Shown: piece by piece, positions 1-11,059 of the stretch | How the letters are laid out: the number at the start of each line of letters is the position of its first letter | Position numbering within the stretch: position 1 is the first letter of the stretch | Source: Paraspadella gotoi | Taxonomy: Eukaryota; Animalia; Chaetognatha | Assembly (NCBI GenBank): GCA_051294375.1 | Contig: CM119267.1 | Coordinates: 22,135,486 to 22,199,485 of the forward strand | Length of the DNA stretch: 64,000 nt | Direction of reading: 5' to 3' | Program-made: the position numbers and the translations under genes | Notes under the pieces: model-generated | The model's input: only the letters and a program-made list of their open reading frames with translations | What the model was told of the DNA's origin: nothing | Databases searched by the model: none

Positions 1-368
1 CTCGGTTCGTCCTTCTTGAGTTGAATAGCGTGGAGGAAACATCCGATGGAAATTCCATGGATGAGAAGATGATCTTTAGCAGGATCGAGGGCTTCTCGAA
101 GCATCATCCGACTTCCCGAGACCGTGTATATACCCTTGACGGCTGAGGCAAAGTCGAGAGGCCTTCCCCGCAGCAGCACCACGTTGAGGGGTCGCTCCGT
201 CCTACGATAATGCTGCTCGTAAAAACGCAAATATTTTTCGTCGTGCTTCGGTTGGCATCCCACAAAAGGGAGAAAAAAGAGAGTCACTGGACGCGATAGT
301 TGGGGAACGGGCCAAGTAGAAGACAAAAGGTCTAGGCGTCGCGAGAGTTTAGCGAGTTGAAACGACAT
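1..368 (-). CDS. TMEM53/DUF829-like alpha/beta-hydrolase-fold protein, 5' part (runs off the window edge)
   Basis: Not in the ORF track. ATG at 368 opens MSFQLAKLSRRLDLL...VTLFFLPFVGCQPKHDEKYLRFY...LLIHGISIGCF, open to base 1. It resembles the TMEM53/DUF829 motifs (W/F-x-G-C...KY...Y and H-x-x-S-x-G). Confidence 0.55.
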   Translation of the reverse strand, partial: MSFQLAKLSRRLDLLSSTWPVPQLSRPVTLFFLPFVGCQPKHDEKYLRFYEQHYRRTERPLNVVLLRGRPLDFASAVKGIYTVSGSRMMLREALDPAKDHLLIHGISIGCFLHAIQLKKDEP

Positions 369-689
369 TCCCGCTAAGTGAGCTCGTTAAGCCTGAACGG
401 TGAATCAAATAACAGTAATAAATTCATTGATTTATTTAAAAAGAATTTTTCGTCCCGCGAACGTCGACACGATTACGAAGATGAAATTTAACGAATGTAA
501 ATTGTAGAAAAAATTAACGAATTACCAAAAACCTGGTAAAAATATAGAAAAAATTTGGCGGAAAAAACACGAATTAAAAAATTCGAAGAGAACTCAAAGA
601 AACACAGGACACTCGCCTGTGAGAAATAAACTAATCTACGCCCACGTAACAATAACAATAAATAAATAAATTATCGCGCAACGATCGTA

Positions 690-3338
690 TCACAGGTAAA
701 ACAACTTGTGCGCCAACTCCAATGACGGATCCTTATGAATGGATTGCCCGACCAAAAAGGCCAGCTTGTGGGCATATTGGCAAGGGGCGGGAACGCGAAC
801 TGTCCCCGGCCAATTATAGTAGAGGTGGGTAAGCTTGAAAGTGAGACGTTGGATGTGGTCCGGCTTGAGGCCAGTGTTGTCCCAAATGACGTTGTAGGAG
901 GTGGGAGTGACGGTCCCCTGGCGGACGGCTTGGGAAACGACGAAGAAGTCGTACCACTCGGGCTTAGTAACGGCCGAGTCAATGATGGTGCCCGGCGGCG
1001 GATTAGATAATTTGCCTCCGGCATCTCGAGAGATGAAACGCTGGTTGATCCTCTTCTTGACGACGATGCAGGCCCACTTGGGATTGTAATCAGCGGAAAA
1101 GGCTTTGAAGGAGCTCATGACCTGGGCGACTTCGTAACGGGAGACGGTTTCCAGCTGTCCGTCGGAAACGCCGTCGCGGTAAAAGATGATTCTCTCGGGC
1201 AACTCCCCTTCGTTCATCTCTTTCCACTCCTTAAGCGCGGCCATCATGCAGGTCTTCAAACCGTCGGCCAGCTCCATGTGCGTGTGCTGGCGAGTGGGGC
1301 GCGAGTAGTAGCGCGTGAGAGTGCGATTCATGGAGGCGACGAAGCCACCGATTGACTGACCCTTGGCGCTACTGTCGTGATGGCTGTCGAATCCGACGAC
1401 CATGACGCGTTTAAGAGGCATGTCCAGCGCCCAAATGTCGCCGCCCATTTTGGCGTTCATCTGCACGGCGATCTTGGTGGAGACCGACATCAGCATTTGC
1501 TGCTTGGAAAGCGTGCGGGCAACCACGCACTGCGACGGAACGGGCACGTCCACGCAGCAGAGCTTCTTTATAGCGTCGTAGCGATCCTTGCGATTGTTAG
1601 GCAAAACCGCGACGACGATGCTCACTTGTTCGCGACACGCTTCACGAATTGCGGAGCAATACGTCTCCGTTCGGTCGTCGTTGAGTTCGACGGCTTTGGC
1701 CGCCGAAAACTCCATCCCCATTGGCGGGGCTACACGGGCCAATGTAGACATGAAATTATGGGCGACGGCAGAATCGCGCTTCGTAAACACCATCGTCCAC
1801 GAGCGCAGAGGCATCGGCGTGAGCAGCTTCACTCCGCGCATCTCTTTCGCCCATTCCGCGTCCTGCGGTTTGTGCGCCGCGAGCTCCCTCTGTTGGTAAA
1901 TCTTTTCCCCGGGCAACTGGCGACCTTGAATCTCAAGAAGGCTTTTGTCGAAATTGATGCCCCACCTGTTGAGCTGCGATTTGGCAGAGTCGTTGCCGCC
2001 GATGTCGCTTACGAACTTAATCATGCGTTCGTGGCGCGTGGCCGGCGTCACGCGCGTGTAGACGGCCACGTCCTTCATGATAGTAAAATCGGAACGCGCT
2101 TCTTCGCTCAGTCCCGTCATGGAGCAAAGCTCGGGAACCAGGTGGAGCTCCTTTACCGGCATGGGTTTCCCGTGCTTCTTCTCGTAATCCTTCTTCTCTC
2201 GTTCGGTGGATTTCGGGCGCGAAATAAGCATCGGTTGATTTTTGTCGCTGATGTCGCGTCCGTAGGCGCGGGCGAAGTAATCGAGGTAGGATATCTCCCC
2301 GCCCTCTTTTTCGCTGAAGAACTTGTCGGTGGGACTCTTGTTCCAGGCGATGTCGTCGACGCGGTAGGTCTTGTTGTTGTATCTCGTCAGAACAATCTCC
2401 CCGACCAGCTTCTTGGTCATGTTGGCCATGAAGAGCTCGTTGGACTTGCAAGTCTTCCAGCCTTCGTTGAGATAATCTAGAACCGAGTCGGTACGAAGGA
2501 CTTTGTGAGAGACCTCGGCCATGAGCAGCAAGCCGGCGTCGTAGTTGTTAATGGAGGTGATGTAGCCGGGCCAGATCTCCAGCTTGTGCTTGGGAATGGT
2601 CGCCGGCGAATTAGGGTTGTAAAAATGGCGCCCGACTTCGAAGTGGTCGATCTGGGCGAGGATCTCGCGGAGCATGATATTGTAAAGTTGAAGACACGAG
2701 GCGGAAGTAGCTGGAATCTCGTTGGTCAACATTATGGAGACGGTGGTCGCGCGGCCAGACGTCGGGTCCGTTGCCTCGAACACGTTGGTCCCGTTGGCTG
2801 ACATCTCAATGCGAATCGGAGAAAAGAGCATCATCCCGTCGAAGACGGCGGCGCCGGCAAAGAGGCGATCCTTGACGGAGTTGACGATCTGCTTACGATC
2901 GCGGCGACTCTCCACGACCGGAGAGAAATCGACCTTGTATTGAAAGAGGGTCCAGTTGACCCATTGGGACATCTTGAAGTAGTTGGTGATGAGGGATATG
3001 GGGCGACCACTGGCACCTTTCTTGTCTACGCAAGTAGGAGGTCGGGTTTTCACCTCTACGTACTGCATTAACTCTTTTCTGGCCTGGTATCCGCTCGTTA
3101 TGGCGACGAGACGTTCGGATCCAGTAGCGCCGCCTTCAATCAGACCCATAGCGCCTAACTGAGATTCCAAAGGGGCGACAGGAGCAGGGGTTGGTGGCGA
3201 GGGTGGAGCAGCGGCAGGACCGGCTGCCTGTGCCATAGCTCCTGGTGTGACCGGAGCCATGGGCGTGTCGGTGGCAGCCCCGGATTGAAGGAGGTCGAGA
3301 AGTCGACCACGCGCACGACCGCGGGCTCGTCCAGCCAT
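690..3338 (-). CDS. piwi: PIWI-clade Argonaute (Piwi/Aubergine-like), single exon, 882 aa
   Basis: N-terminal GRARGRARG (sDMA/Tudor-binding) motif, PAZ domain (LTRYNNKTYRVDDIAW), MID and PIWI domains with catalytic residues VGFD, YRDG and YAHKLA, and the PIWI-type C-terminus LFYL. Confidence 0.97.
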   Translation of the reverse strand: MAGRARGRARGRLLDLLQSGAATDTPMAPVTPGAMAQAAGPAAAPPSPPTPAPVAPLESQLGAMGLIEGGATGSERLVAITSGYQARKELMQYVEVKTRPPTCVDKKGASGRPISLITNYFKMSQWVNWTLFQYKVDFSPVVESRRDRKQIVNSVKDRLFAGAAVFDGMMLFSPIRIEMSANGTNVFEATDPTSGRATTVSIMLTNEIPATSASCLQLYNIMLREILAQIDHFEVGRHFYNPNSPATIPKHKLEIWPGYITSINNYDAGLLLMAEVSHKVLRTDSVLDYLNEGWKTCKSNELFMANMTKKLVGEIVLTRYNNKTYRVDDIAWNKSPTDKFFSEKEGGEISYLDYFARAYGRDISDKNQPMLISRPKSTEREKKDYEKKHGKPMPVKELHLVPELCSMTGLSEEARSDFTIMKDVAVYTRVTPATRHERMIKFVSDIGGNDSAKSQLNRWGINFDKSLLEIQGRQLPGEKIYQQRELAAHKPQDAEWAKEMRGVKLLTPMPLRSWTMVFTKRDSAVAHNFMSTLARVAPPMGMEFSAAKAVELNDDRTETYCSAIREACREQVSIVVAVLPNNRKDRYDAIKKLCCVDVPVPSQCVVARTLSKQQMLMSVSTKIAVQMNAKMGGDIWALDMPLKRVMVVGFDSHHDSSAKGQSIGGFVASMNRTLTRYYSRPTRQHTHMELADGLKTCMMAALKEWKEMNEGELPERIIFYRDGVSDGQLETVSRYEVAQVMSSFKAFSADYNPKWACIVVKKRINQRFISRDAGGKLSNPPPGTIIDSAVTKPEWYDFFVVSQAVRQGTVTPTSYNVIWDNTGLKPDHIQRLTFKLTHLYYNWPGTVRVPAPCQYAHKLAFLVGQSIHKDPSLELAHKLFYL

Positions 3339-3853
3339 GATGGATGAAATTCTATATTAGAGACTAAAATCTACCGAAGACAAAAGAAAAAAATTAACAA
3401 TATTTCAAATTAAACTAAATTTGACCTCAATCTGAATTAGAAATTCGTACGTACTTTACCTACATAATGTACGTATTTCAAGTGGAACTAGATTGCTCAA
3501 ATTATTTTTTCGGTTAATAGATTAAAATGTGCTCAAAAACCGTACACAATTACAAAGAAAGGTCAGGCTGATTTACATATCGACCCAAAAACAAACGGAG
3601 AAATTAGAAAACTCAAACTGTTTGGGGCCACACTTATACGATCTATTTATTTCCATGAAAGTTTTCATTCAAGAGTGAAGTCATTATTTCCTCGAGCTGC
3701 ATGCTTTTCGTGCTCTATTTTCGACTCTGAAAGAAAATATAACGTGGAAGCAAGTTCTTAACTCACAATATCTAGTATTCAATTATAGATGGCAACGATG
3801 ACAATTCCAAATTTAAATTTTGCCAAATTTTGTTCTGATCAAAAAATTAAAAA

Positions 3854-6628
3854 TTAAACGATGAACTCGTAGGGAATGGGCTCGAAGAGCGTCGGCTTGT
3901 TTTTCTTGGTCCGGACGATGTGTGCGGGGCGCGGGCCGACGGGCTTCCGCTTGAGGTCGGGCACGGGAGTGCCCTTCTTCTTGCATTCGCGTCTGGCGGT
4001 GTCGTTGCGTTTGACACGATCTAAGAAGTCCTGGCGGCAGCTGGAAACAAAATAATAAATTAATAATTATAGACATGCTATCTTTAATCCTAATTCTAAA
4101 ATCAATCTTTAACTCTGATAACCACCTAATCCATAATATACATTACATAATTAAAACTATAAGCTCAGATTCAAAGCTAAGAATCGAAAACAGAAATTCC
4201 TATTTCTGATTCTAAAGTTAAAAAGACGCGTACGCCTTTTGTCTTTTTTTTTCCTCCCGCGAGGCGGAGCCTCGACTGCGAAGCGACTCGACTGGCTTCT
4301 CTCTCTTTCCGTCTCGACCAATGAGAGGCGGAGATTTCGAAATCCCAGTCTTCGTCGCTTTCGTCGCTTTCGACGCTTAAAAAGAAAAATTCGGCGGAAA
4401 CGTTACGCTCAGTCATTCACCGCGTGGAAGAGACAGAAAATTCAGAAATCACAATCACTTCCTTTCATTCGTACAGTGAAAAAACTCGCCTCATCCTTAT
4501 TTCGCCTCTCGGAAAAAAAAAAAAAAAAAATTACCAATTTTTTTTCTCCTCCTTCAAAACTTATCAAAATGTCAACGGGAAGACCGCAGCGAGCGAGAAG
4601 CAAGGGATTTATGAAAAAGGATTTCGTGGACGGAGAAGATCTCGAGTCGTCTCCACAACGAATCGGAAGAAAAAAGAGAAAACTCAACGAGTCAAAAGGT
4701 AAGTTAATTTCGGTTGAAAATCTGGTTCACAGTAATATAACAGGATTCAAAAATCACTACGTGAATTAAAATTAATTTTTGCCCCCTTCAATTTTTAAGA
4801 GAACGATCCCGACGAAGCCGACGCCTCTCCGTCCGCGTCGCCGGGGAACTTAGCTGACTCCCAGTCCTCCGAAGACGACGACAACTGGTCTCCGGCTTCC
4901 AAAGGCAAAACTTCCAAACGACGCTCCACTGCTCGTCCAAACTTCAAGAAAATCGCCAACGAGGACAGTCTCGGCTCTCTCCTCAGAGATGGCAAGGCCT
5001 CCAACTCTGGCTCGAGTTTCCGCTGCGAACAATGCGACAGAAAGTTTCCCACGGCCAAAGGTCTCGTCCGTCACGTGGCAACCCACGAAGAAGAACGACG
5101 ATTCGTGTGCCACACTTGCGGCAAGGGATTCAATCAGTCATCAACCCTGAGTCGGCATCGCGCCATCCACTCGACCGACACGCCCTTCGAGTGCAAAGTC
5201 TGCGGCAAGGCCTTCAACCGATGCTCCACCCTCAACGCCCACATGCTCACCCACAACGAGGAGAAGCGATTCAAGTGTCCTATTTGCAAAAAGGGTTTTC
5301 ACCAAAAGGGCAATCTCAAGAATCACATCTTCACGCACACGGGCGAGCGGCCTTACGTCTGCAAAATTTGCAACGCCGGCTTTAACCAACACACCAATCT
5401 TACCAATCACATGGGTACGCAACACGGGATCTTCAACAACATCTGCAGAGAATGCAATGAAGAATTTGACAACAGGGAACAATTGGTCGATCATATAGAA
5501 AGCGCTCACGGCAAATCATTCAGGCTGGGCGAACACAGGCGGAAAAGCCAAAAGCGACAGGGTCCAACCAAGTGCGAATTGACGGCACCGAAAAGCGCGA
5601 CGAAACGATCTCACGGCGTCGATTCCATCAAAAATGAACCGACCGACAAACCGGACGTCAAGCCCGCATTGGACCGACAAGCGACCCTCGTCCTGCACAG
5701 AGGCGTCCTCAAACTCTGTTCTCTATCGACCGAAGAAAAAGAAGCGTTGGACGAGGTCGAGTTGAAATTGCCGCCGCAGCAGCGAGCCCTCAGGGTTCCC
5801 GCTAGGATCTCGGGTATTGAAGTTCCCAACAGAGAAATGATGTATCGCGTCATCTTGAGGCAGCGACCGCCCGAGACGAAGATGGAAATGTCTAAAGAGG
5901 AAGAAGAGGCCATGACGCCGTCGCCGCCTCAGACGCTGCAGCCGGTGGAAATCTTCGTCAAAACGGAGCGGGAAAATGACGACTGTTTGCCGCTGCTGGG
6001 GGCATCGCCGATCGTCGAGGCAAATAGCGAGCATGATGGCTCGTTCAAGTTGCAGCGAGATGGAAATAGAAACACTTCTCTTTGACGATTCGTTTGTGTA
6101 TTATCAAAACTTTTTGTTTAGATTAAACTTATTTTGCTATATTTTAATTTTTTTGAGTTTGCTAGTAAAATTTTAGTTAAGAGGCAGTGTATGCAATGGA
6201 ATGGCCGATTACTCGTTTTTAGATAAAGTATGCCAAAATGTATTTGAACATACCTCGAATGCCTGACGTGTTCGGTGCGGATGCAGATTTTCTTTTTTTC
6301 GATTCTGTTCCTCACGGGTTTCGTAACCACGACCCCGACGGATCGAGGAGTCACGTTGAAAACTCGCCCGGTGCGTCCGTGGTAGTACTTGTGCGGCATT
6401 CCTGTCGAGAGGAGAACCCGTTAATATTATTAAATTGATGACTATTGATATTATGATTGCGTTGAGAAAAATCTCACCTTTGTGCACCGATCCATCGCCC
6501 TTGATGTCCACAATGTCTCCGATTTTGTAGACCTTGAGCAGGGTGGCGACGGAGGGCATTCCGTTCTTGCGAAAAGGACGCCTGAACATGTAACGCGTGC
6601 CCCTGCGGTATCCCTTGGAATTCGTCAT
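3854..6628 (-). CDS. RPL21: 60S ribosomal protein L21 (eL21), 3 exons: 6628-6478, 6401-6254, 4040-3854
   Basis: [15 protein letters not shown]...[17 protein letters not shown]...[22 protein letters not shown]...PIPYEFIV*. Canonical GT/AG junctions keep the frame. Intron 2 is 2.2 kb. Confidence 0.96.
4569..6085 (+). CDS. C2H2 zinc-finger protein with a Fez/Fezf-like finger array, nested antisense in RPL21 intron 2 (exons 4569-4698, 4800-6085)
   Basis: ATG 4569, GTAAG donor 4699, TTTTAAG acceptor 4799. About six C2H2 fingers. Recognition helices [24 protein letters not shown] and QHTNLTNH parallel Fezf fingers 2-5. Confidence 0.88.
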
Positions 6629-6836
6629 TTTTTCTTTTTAATTAATAGCTGCAAATAAAGATAAGTCAAGGCGATGTGTATATACGTATTAGACGAAAAA
6701 AAATTGAGTTCATAAAAAAAAACTATGCTATCGTCAATTGAATAAGGCATACAGAATTGTGTGATACGAAATTTTTTTTGGGACGAAATGACTTATGGTT
6801 TATCGCCGCTCAAAATGCAACCGGCCGCGAGGCATT

Positions 6837-7579
6837 TCAAGAAACGGAAAAGGGCTTCCCCTTCGATCCAGATCGACACATGATCCGCCGCGAAAAAGGT
6901 TTTCCCAAGAAAACATCCATGATGCTGGGAGGGCGCTTTCGAGACCGCAATGGCGTCACCAAGAGTTCGACGCGGCACTGGAGGCCGGACTTGGATCGAG
7001 CGAGTTCAGCCCGACAGGCGAGGAGTTTAGTGGCAGAGCGGGAAGCGGTGCAGTCAACCGGAATCGCCTAAAAACGAGATTGCTAATGAAAAACAAGTTT
7101 CGACAACTTAGTTTGTTGCAATTGGTCACGTGAGGGTTCATGCGATATTGTTTTCCTGAAGTCCTCCGCTCTTACCCGAACGACAAATCGAAAGACGTAG
7201 CCCCTTCCAACGAGGTGAATGGTGAGACTCTGAGATGTACCGGCAAAAAAGGTGGCGGAGGACGGCGCTGTGGCGTAGACCAGATTCGTTCGAGGATTTA
7301 AATGCCGGTTGATGGCTTCGACCGCTTCAGATGTCCAACGACTATTTTTAGAGAATGCTTTATGTAATTAAATTTATTATTAGATAAGTACGGATTAAAA
7401 CGGATAGGAAAATTGTTATTAGACTAAACTATCACAATTGAAAAAGAATCTCACCTAAGCTGCTGCTTGAGAAGCGAATCGTACTCTGCTCCCTTAAAGA
7501 CCGAAGCTTCGGTCGTTTCCGTAAAAACGACGCAGAAGACTTGAGAAAGAAAAATTCCCCAAGCGAAAAAGTGCGGCAT
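6837..7579 (-). CDS. Small secreted protein, cystatin/cathelicidin-like fold (3 exons: ~7579-7455, ~7341-7176, ~7067-6837)
   Basis: Not in the ORF track. MPHFFAWGIFLSQVFCVVFTETTEA is signal-peptide-like, followed by helix RWTSEAVEAINRHLN and YVFRFVVR/AIPVDC...C...QCRVELLVTP. GT/AG junctions keep the frame. Confidence 0.55.
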
Positions 7580-7632
7580 CGTTTGATTAAGTTTTTTTTT
7601 CTTTCGAAACGGGTCAGTTTCTTTGCTTCATT

Positions 7633-8031
7633 TCACTCGCTCCCCTTCCTCTCCTTTCTTCTCTCCCACTCGACGTATTCCTCCTCCCACACAGGCTTCA
7701 CATTCTTTACCATCGCCCAATAATTTTCCCTCAGCGCCTTTAACTTCCGGTTTCCCTCCTCGTCGTCGGCGAGGGCGGCGTCGATCCTCCGCAAGGCGTC
7801 GTTGATCGAGTCCGCGACGTCGCCTATTTTCTGCTCTGCGCGCCGGCGGTCGGTGCGCTGGCGACGGCGTTCGTCGTCGCGTGCGTCGAGCACGCGTTGA
7901 CGCCGGACCTCGAGCTCGTCCCGGTGCCGCAAAATGTCTTCGTGCTGACGAACGAGCGTCAGTTCGGCACCGGCGCAGAGCTGGGCGCGCGTGGGGGAAG
8001 AGTCGATAGGAGGATCTTGGGTGGAGGCCAG
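7633..8031 (-). CDS. CEP15: C3orf14/CEP15 (DUF4570)-like coiled-coil protein; start codon uncertain
   Basis: AELTLVRQHEDILRHR and LRENYWAMVKNVKPVWEE match the recalled C3orf14 motifs EIRLSKRHEEIVSQR and LETRYWASVEEYIPKWEQ. There is no in-frame ATG upstream of the homologous region. Confidence 0.7.
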   Translation of the reverse strand: MASTQDPPIDSSPTRAQLCAGAELTLVRQHEDILRHRDELEVRRQRVLDARDDERRRQRTDRRRAEQKIGDVADSINDALRRIDAALADDEEGNRKLKALRENYWAMVKNVKPVWEEEYVEWERRKERKGSE

Positions 8032-8644
8032 ATTTATTGTTTTTGACGTAAAAGTTGGAAACAAAATAGTGAGCGTGAGGCTTTGGTCAGTAAGACTGTA
8101 TTCCAAAATATTTTCTCTGTAAAACAAAGATAAACTCTGATAAATCCGAAAATAAATAGCGCGGACACAAATTTATCTTTTTTTAAAAAAAACACAAGGA
8201 AAATCGATTGGTCTTTATCAAAATGTAAATTGTAAGATAATCGGATACTATAAAGCAGTAAAAACAGAAACATGCTCGCGAAGGGAAAATATAACTAGTA
8301 GCCGATCACGTGTAAACCGCGAGGGAAGAGGTCGATCGTTGGAAAATGCATCGAGAAGAAGAAGAGGGGAAAAGCGAAGGCGAAAGGCGAAGCAAAGATC
8401 GAATCAAAGTAGAAAACATAAGACTCTCGTCTCGACATTCAACACCGGAGATAATGCGAAGTACAAACAAAATGTCATGGAAGAGATGGATCGTGATTCA
8501 GAATCATAATTTTTGAAAAATTAAGTACGAAATAGTAATCAACATTGTGTGTAAAAATAATACAGCGTAGTATTGAGAATTAGCAATAATCTCGACGATT
8601 GAACGGCCGTCAATCAAATAATGGCCGGCAGATTCGAAAAAGCT

Positions 8645-11059
8645 TTAAGCCTCTTTGCAACAGGATTTCGTCGCCTCCCCATGACAAGCATCTTTATTTG
8701 CGCAGCAAGATTTGGACTCTTTAAACTCGTACGCCTGCATATTCTCCTGGCGACAACAGGAATCTGATTGGACGTTCTTCCCGCCGCAATGACAAGGTTC
8801 TTTTTCTTGCGAGGCTGCGAGATAAATTGGACCAGATTAAACTGCTATAAACAATGGCAAAGAGGTTGGGTGGATAACAAAATATACCTTCGCCACCACT
8901 GTAGCAGGGCCACTCTTCCTTGTCCAACCAAAGGGGAATATTTCGCCGGTTGGGATGCAGCTTCCGATAATGGACAATCATGAAAATGACGCCGACGAGA
9001 AAAAAACCGACGACGACGGAGACGACGATCAATTTAACGGAGAGAGGATGATGTGGAGAGGCGAACAAAGCCCTTATTGTTTAAATCAAAAGAAACATTG
9101 TTCATTTTTATTAGCTAATTATATTTATTAATCATCATTTAGTAACCACAAAGCGACGACGGCGAGGTTCTCGACGAAGACGAGGGAATAAAAGGCGGCG
9201 AGGCGAAACCGCGTGCGCCCTTCGAGGAGATTGAAGAAGGCGAAGACGTGAATGACGGCGGCGAAAAAGCGGAAGACGCGCTCCTCGGCGGCGGAGGAGC
9301 AAAAGCGAGAGTTTTGCGAGAGAATCCAAGCGAGCATGGCGAGGAAGTGACCTGGATAAAAAAATGGGGGTGGGCGAAGGGACTTGTTAATGTAACTTCT
9401 CCAAACTGATGCATGTTTGTATAGTTTCCTCACCCCCGACGAAGAGAGCGAGATGCCAGACGCGAAAGACGGAAGCGAATAAAGCGAGGACGAGGACTCG
9501 AGGAAGGAGGACGAAGAATCGCCAGATGAACATCGTCACGCAGGCCAAGTGGGAAACGTTGCCCTTGTCCGGACGGCTGTCGATAAATGTTGGTTATTTT
9601 CACTCGCTCATCAATAATTAGTATTAAATACGTAATTTAAGATGAAAATAAACTAATATTTCGCCGAAAACCGATTTTTTTTTAGACAGTGAATGTCACC
9701 TAAATCTAAGCGCCTTGTGGTAGGCGACGAGGCCCCAAGAGATTGAGATAACTGATACAAAGACGCTGACGATTTCGGCGGTCGTCGCCACGTCGAGGCT
9801 GTCTGTCTCGTCTATGCGGATGTTATCTTCGCACCTGGAGTCGGTCCTCGATTACATTTGAACTTGCATTTAGATTGTTTTGAAATGAAGTTTTTAAAGC
9901 GTTCTTATAGCGTGCTGTAAACCTGCTCAAAACCCTTCCTTCGATCGGACCATTATCTTTGGGACAGGCGAAGAACTTGCGGGAGAGGATGTAAAGCTGA
10001 AGGATGGTCTGCGGCGCTGACTCCATGAAGCACTCGTAGAGCCGCAACATCGCGGCGTCAGCGTCTTCGTAGAGCATCATGTCGTAGTTGTAGCGGGCTT
10101 TGCATTCGTACTCGCAAATCTTTTGCAGGGTAGGGGGAGAGTAGCTGACGGTAGGTGAAGCCATTTCGGCCTTTTCTTTCCCTTTCTCGCCAAAATTGCT
10201 GGAGGAAGCATCGGCCTCTCTCTCAGCCCGCCGCATCTTCCCCGAGAACCAACGCGCCTTCAATCCGTAATGAATGCTGTCGATGTAGCGCATCACGGGT
10301 CCAACCTGGAGGATCATCAGGGCGCCGCGGAAAACCCAACGCCACCGAGAAATCGGGGTCGAACCTGAAAAGAAACAGAAAGATGACAAATTAAATAATG
10401 TTTAGAAATACGGTATTAAAGATTGTCAACAAACCAGCTTCTCGACGACACGCCTCCCTGTAGTCGGAAATGTACCACCGAAGGGAAAAGGCTGACATAA
10501 CCAACGAGGGAACGAAAATGAAGATCAGAGTCAACGCAAACCAATTCCAGTGTAGTTCGGCCGGGTTCGTGGGGTCTTGCGCCTTTAAAAAATAATTAAA
10601 TAATTAAATAAATAAATAATTAAATAATCATTTCTTACAGGAGTTTAAACTTATAATGCTGTGGTGGCGAAAGGCTTACAAAAACCGGGGCACAATTTAG
10701 GAGTAATTATGATATAATTTATTTTTCAGTAGATTAATGACGACGTTTGAATTTTGAAAGAGAATCCGGACCTGGTCGGCCTCGACGGCCCTGGCGTAGT
10801 GATATGACGCCACCCAAAAGTCGCTGAGAAGATCGAGGATGTAGGTGAGAATGGAGTAAACGGTGATGAGGATGTCGTAGTTGGAATAGGGCATCCCCTC
10901 GGGACGGGAATCCACCTCGTCCGCGAATGCCGCCCGGCGATCTTGAGACAGCGGCGTCTCGTCGCGGCTGCGCAGCGGTTTTCGCGCCCGAAGACGCCGG
11001 CTGACGCATATGCGGGCGCAGTAGAGGCTGCATTGAGCATTGTGGTTGTAGGCCACCAT
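8645..11059 (-). CDS. XK-related (Xkr scramblase family) membrane protein, multi-exon
   Basis: ILDLLSDFWVASYHY, AMLRLYECFMESAPQTILQLYI, SWGLVAYHKALR and FFNLLEGRTRFR...FYSLVFVEN are XKR4/6/7-type motifs, spread over about 8 exons. Confidence 0.88.

Noticed and set aside
1377-2480. Long antisense or alternate-frame ORFs over piwi (and likewise over PKD2, SART3 and ABCB1, e.g. 23474-24271, 58437-59210)
   Set aside because: These are shadow ORFs expected from GC-rich codon usage. They have no recognisable domains or splice context.
3645-3735. Possible C/D snoRNA between RPL21 and piwi
   Set aside because: A CTGA is present but there is no proper RUGAUGA box C, it is on the opposite strand to the neighbouring genes, and I see no recognisable rRNA antisense element.
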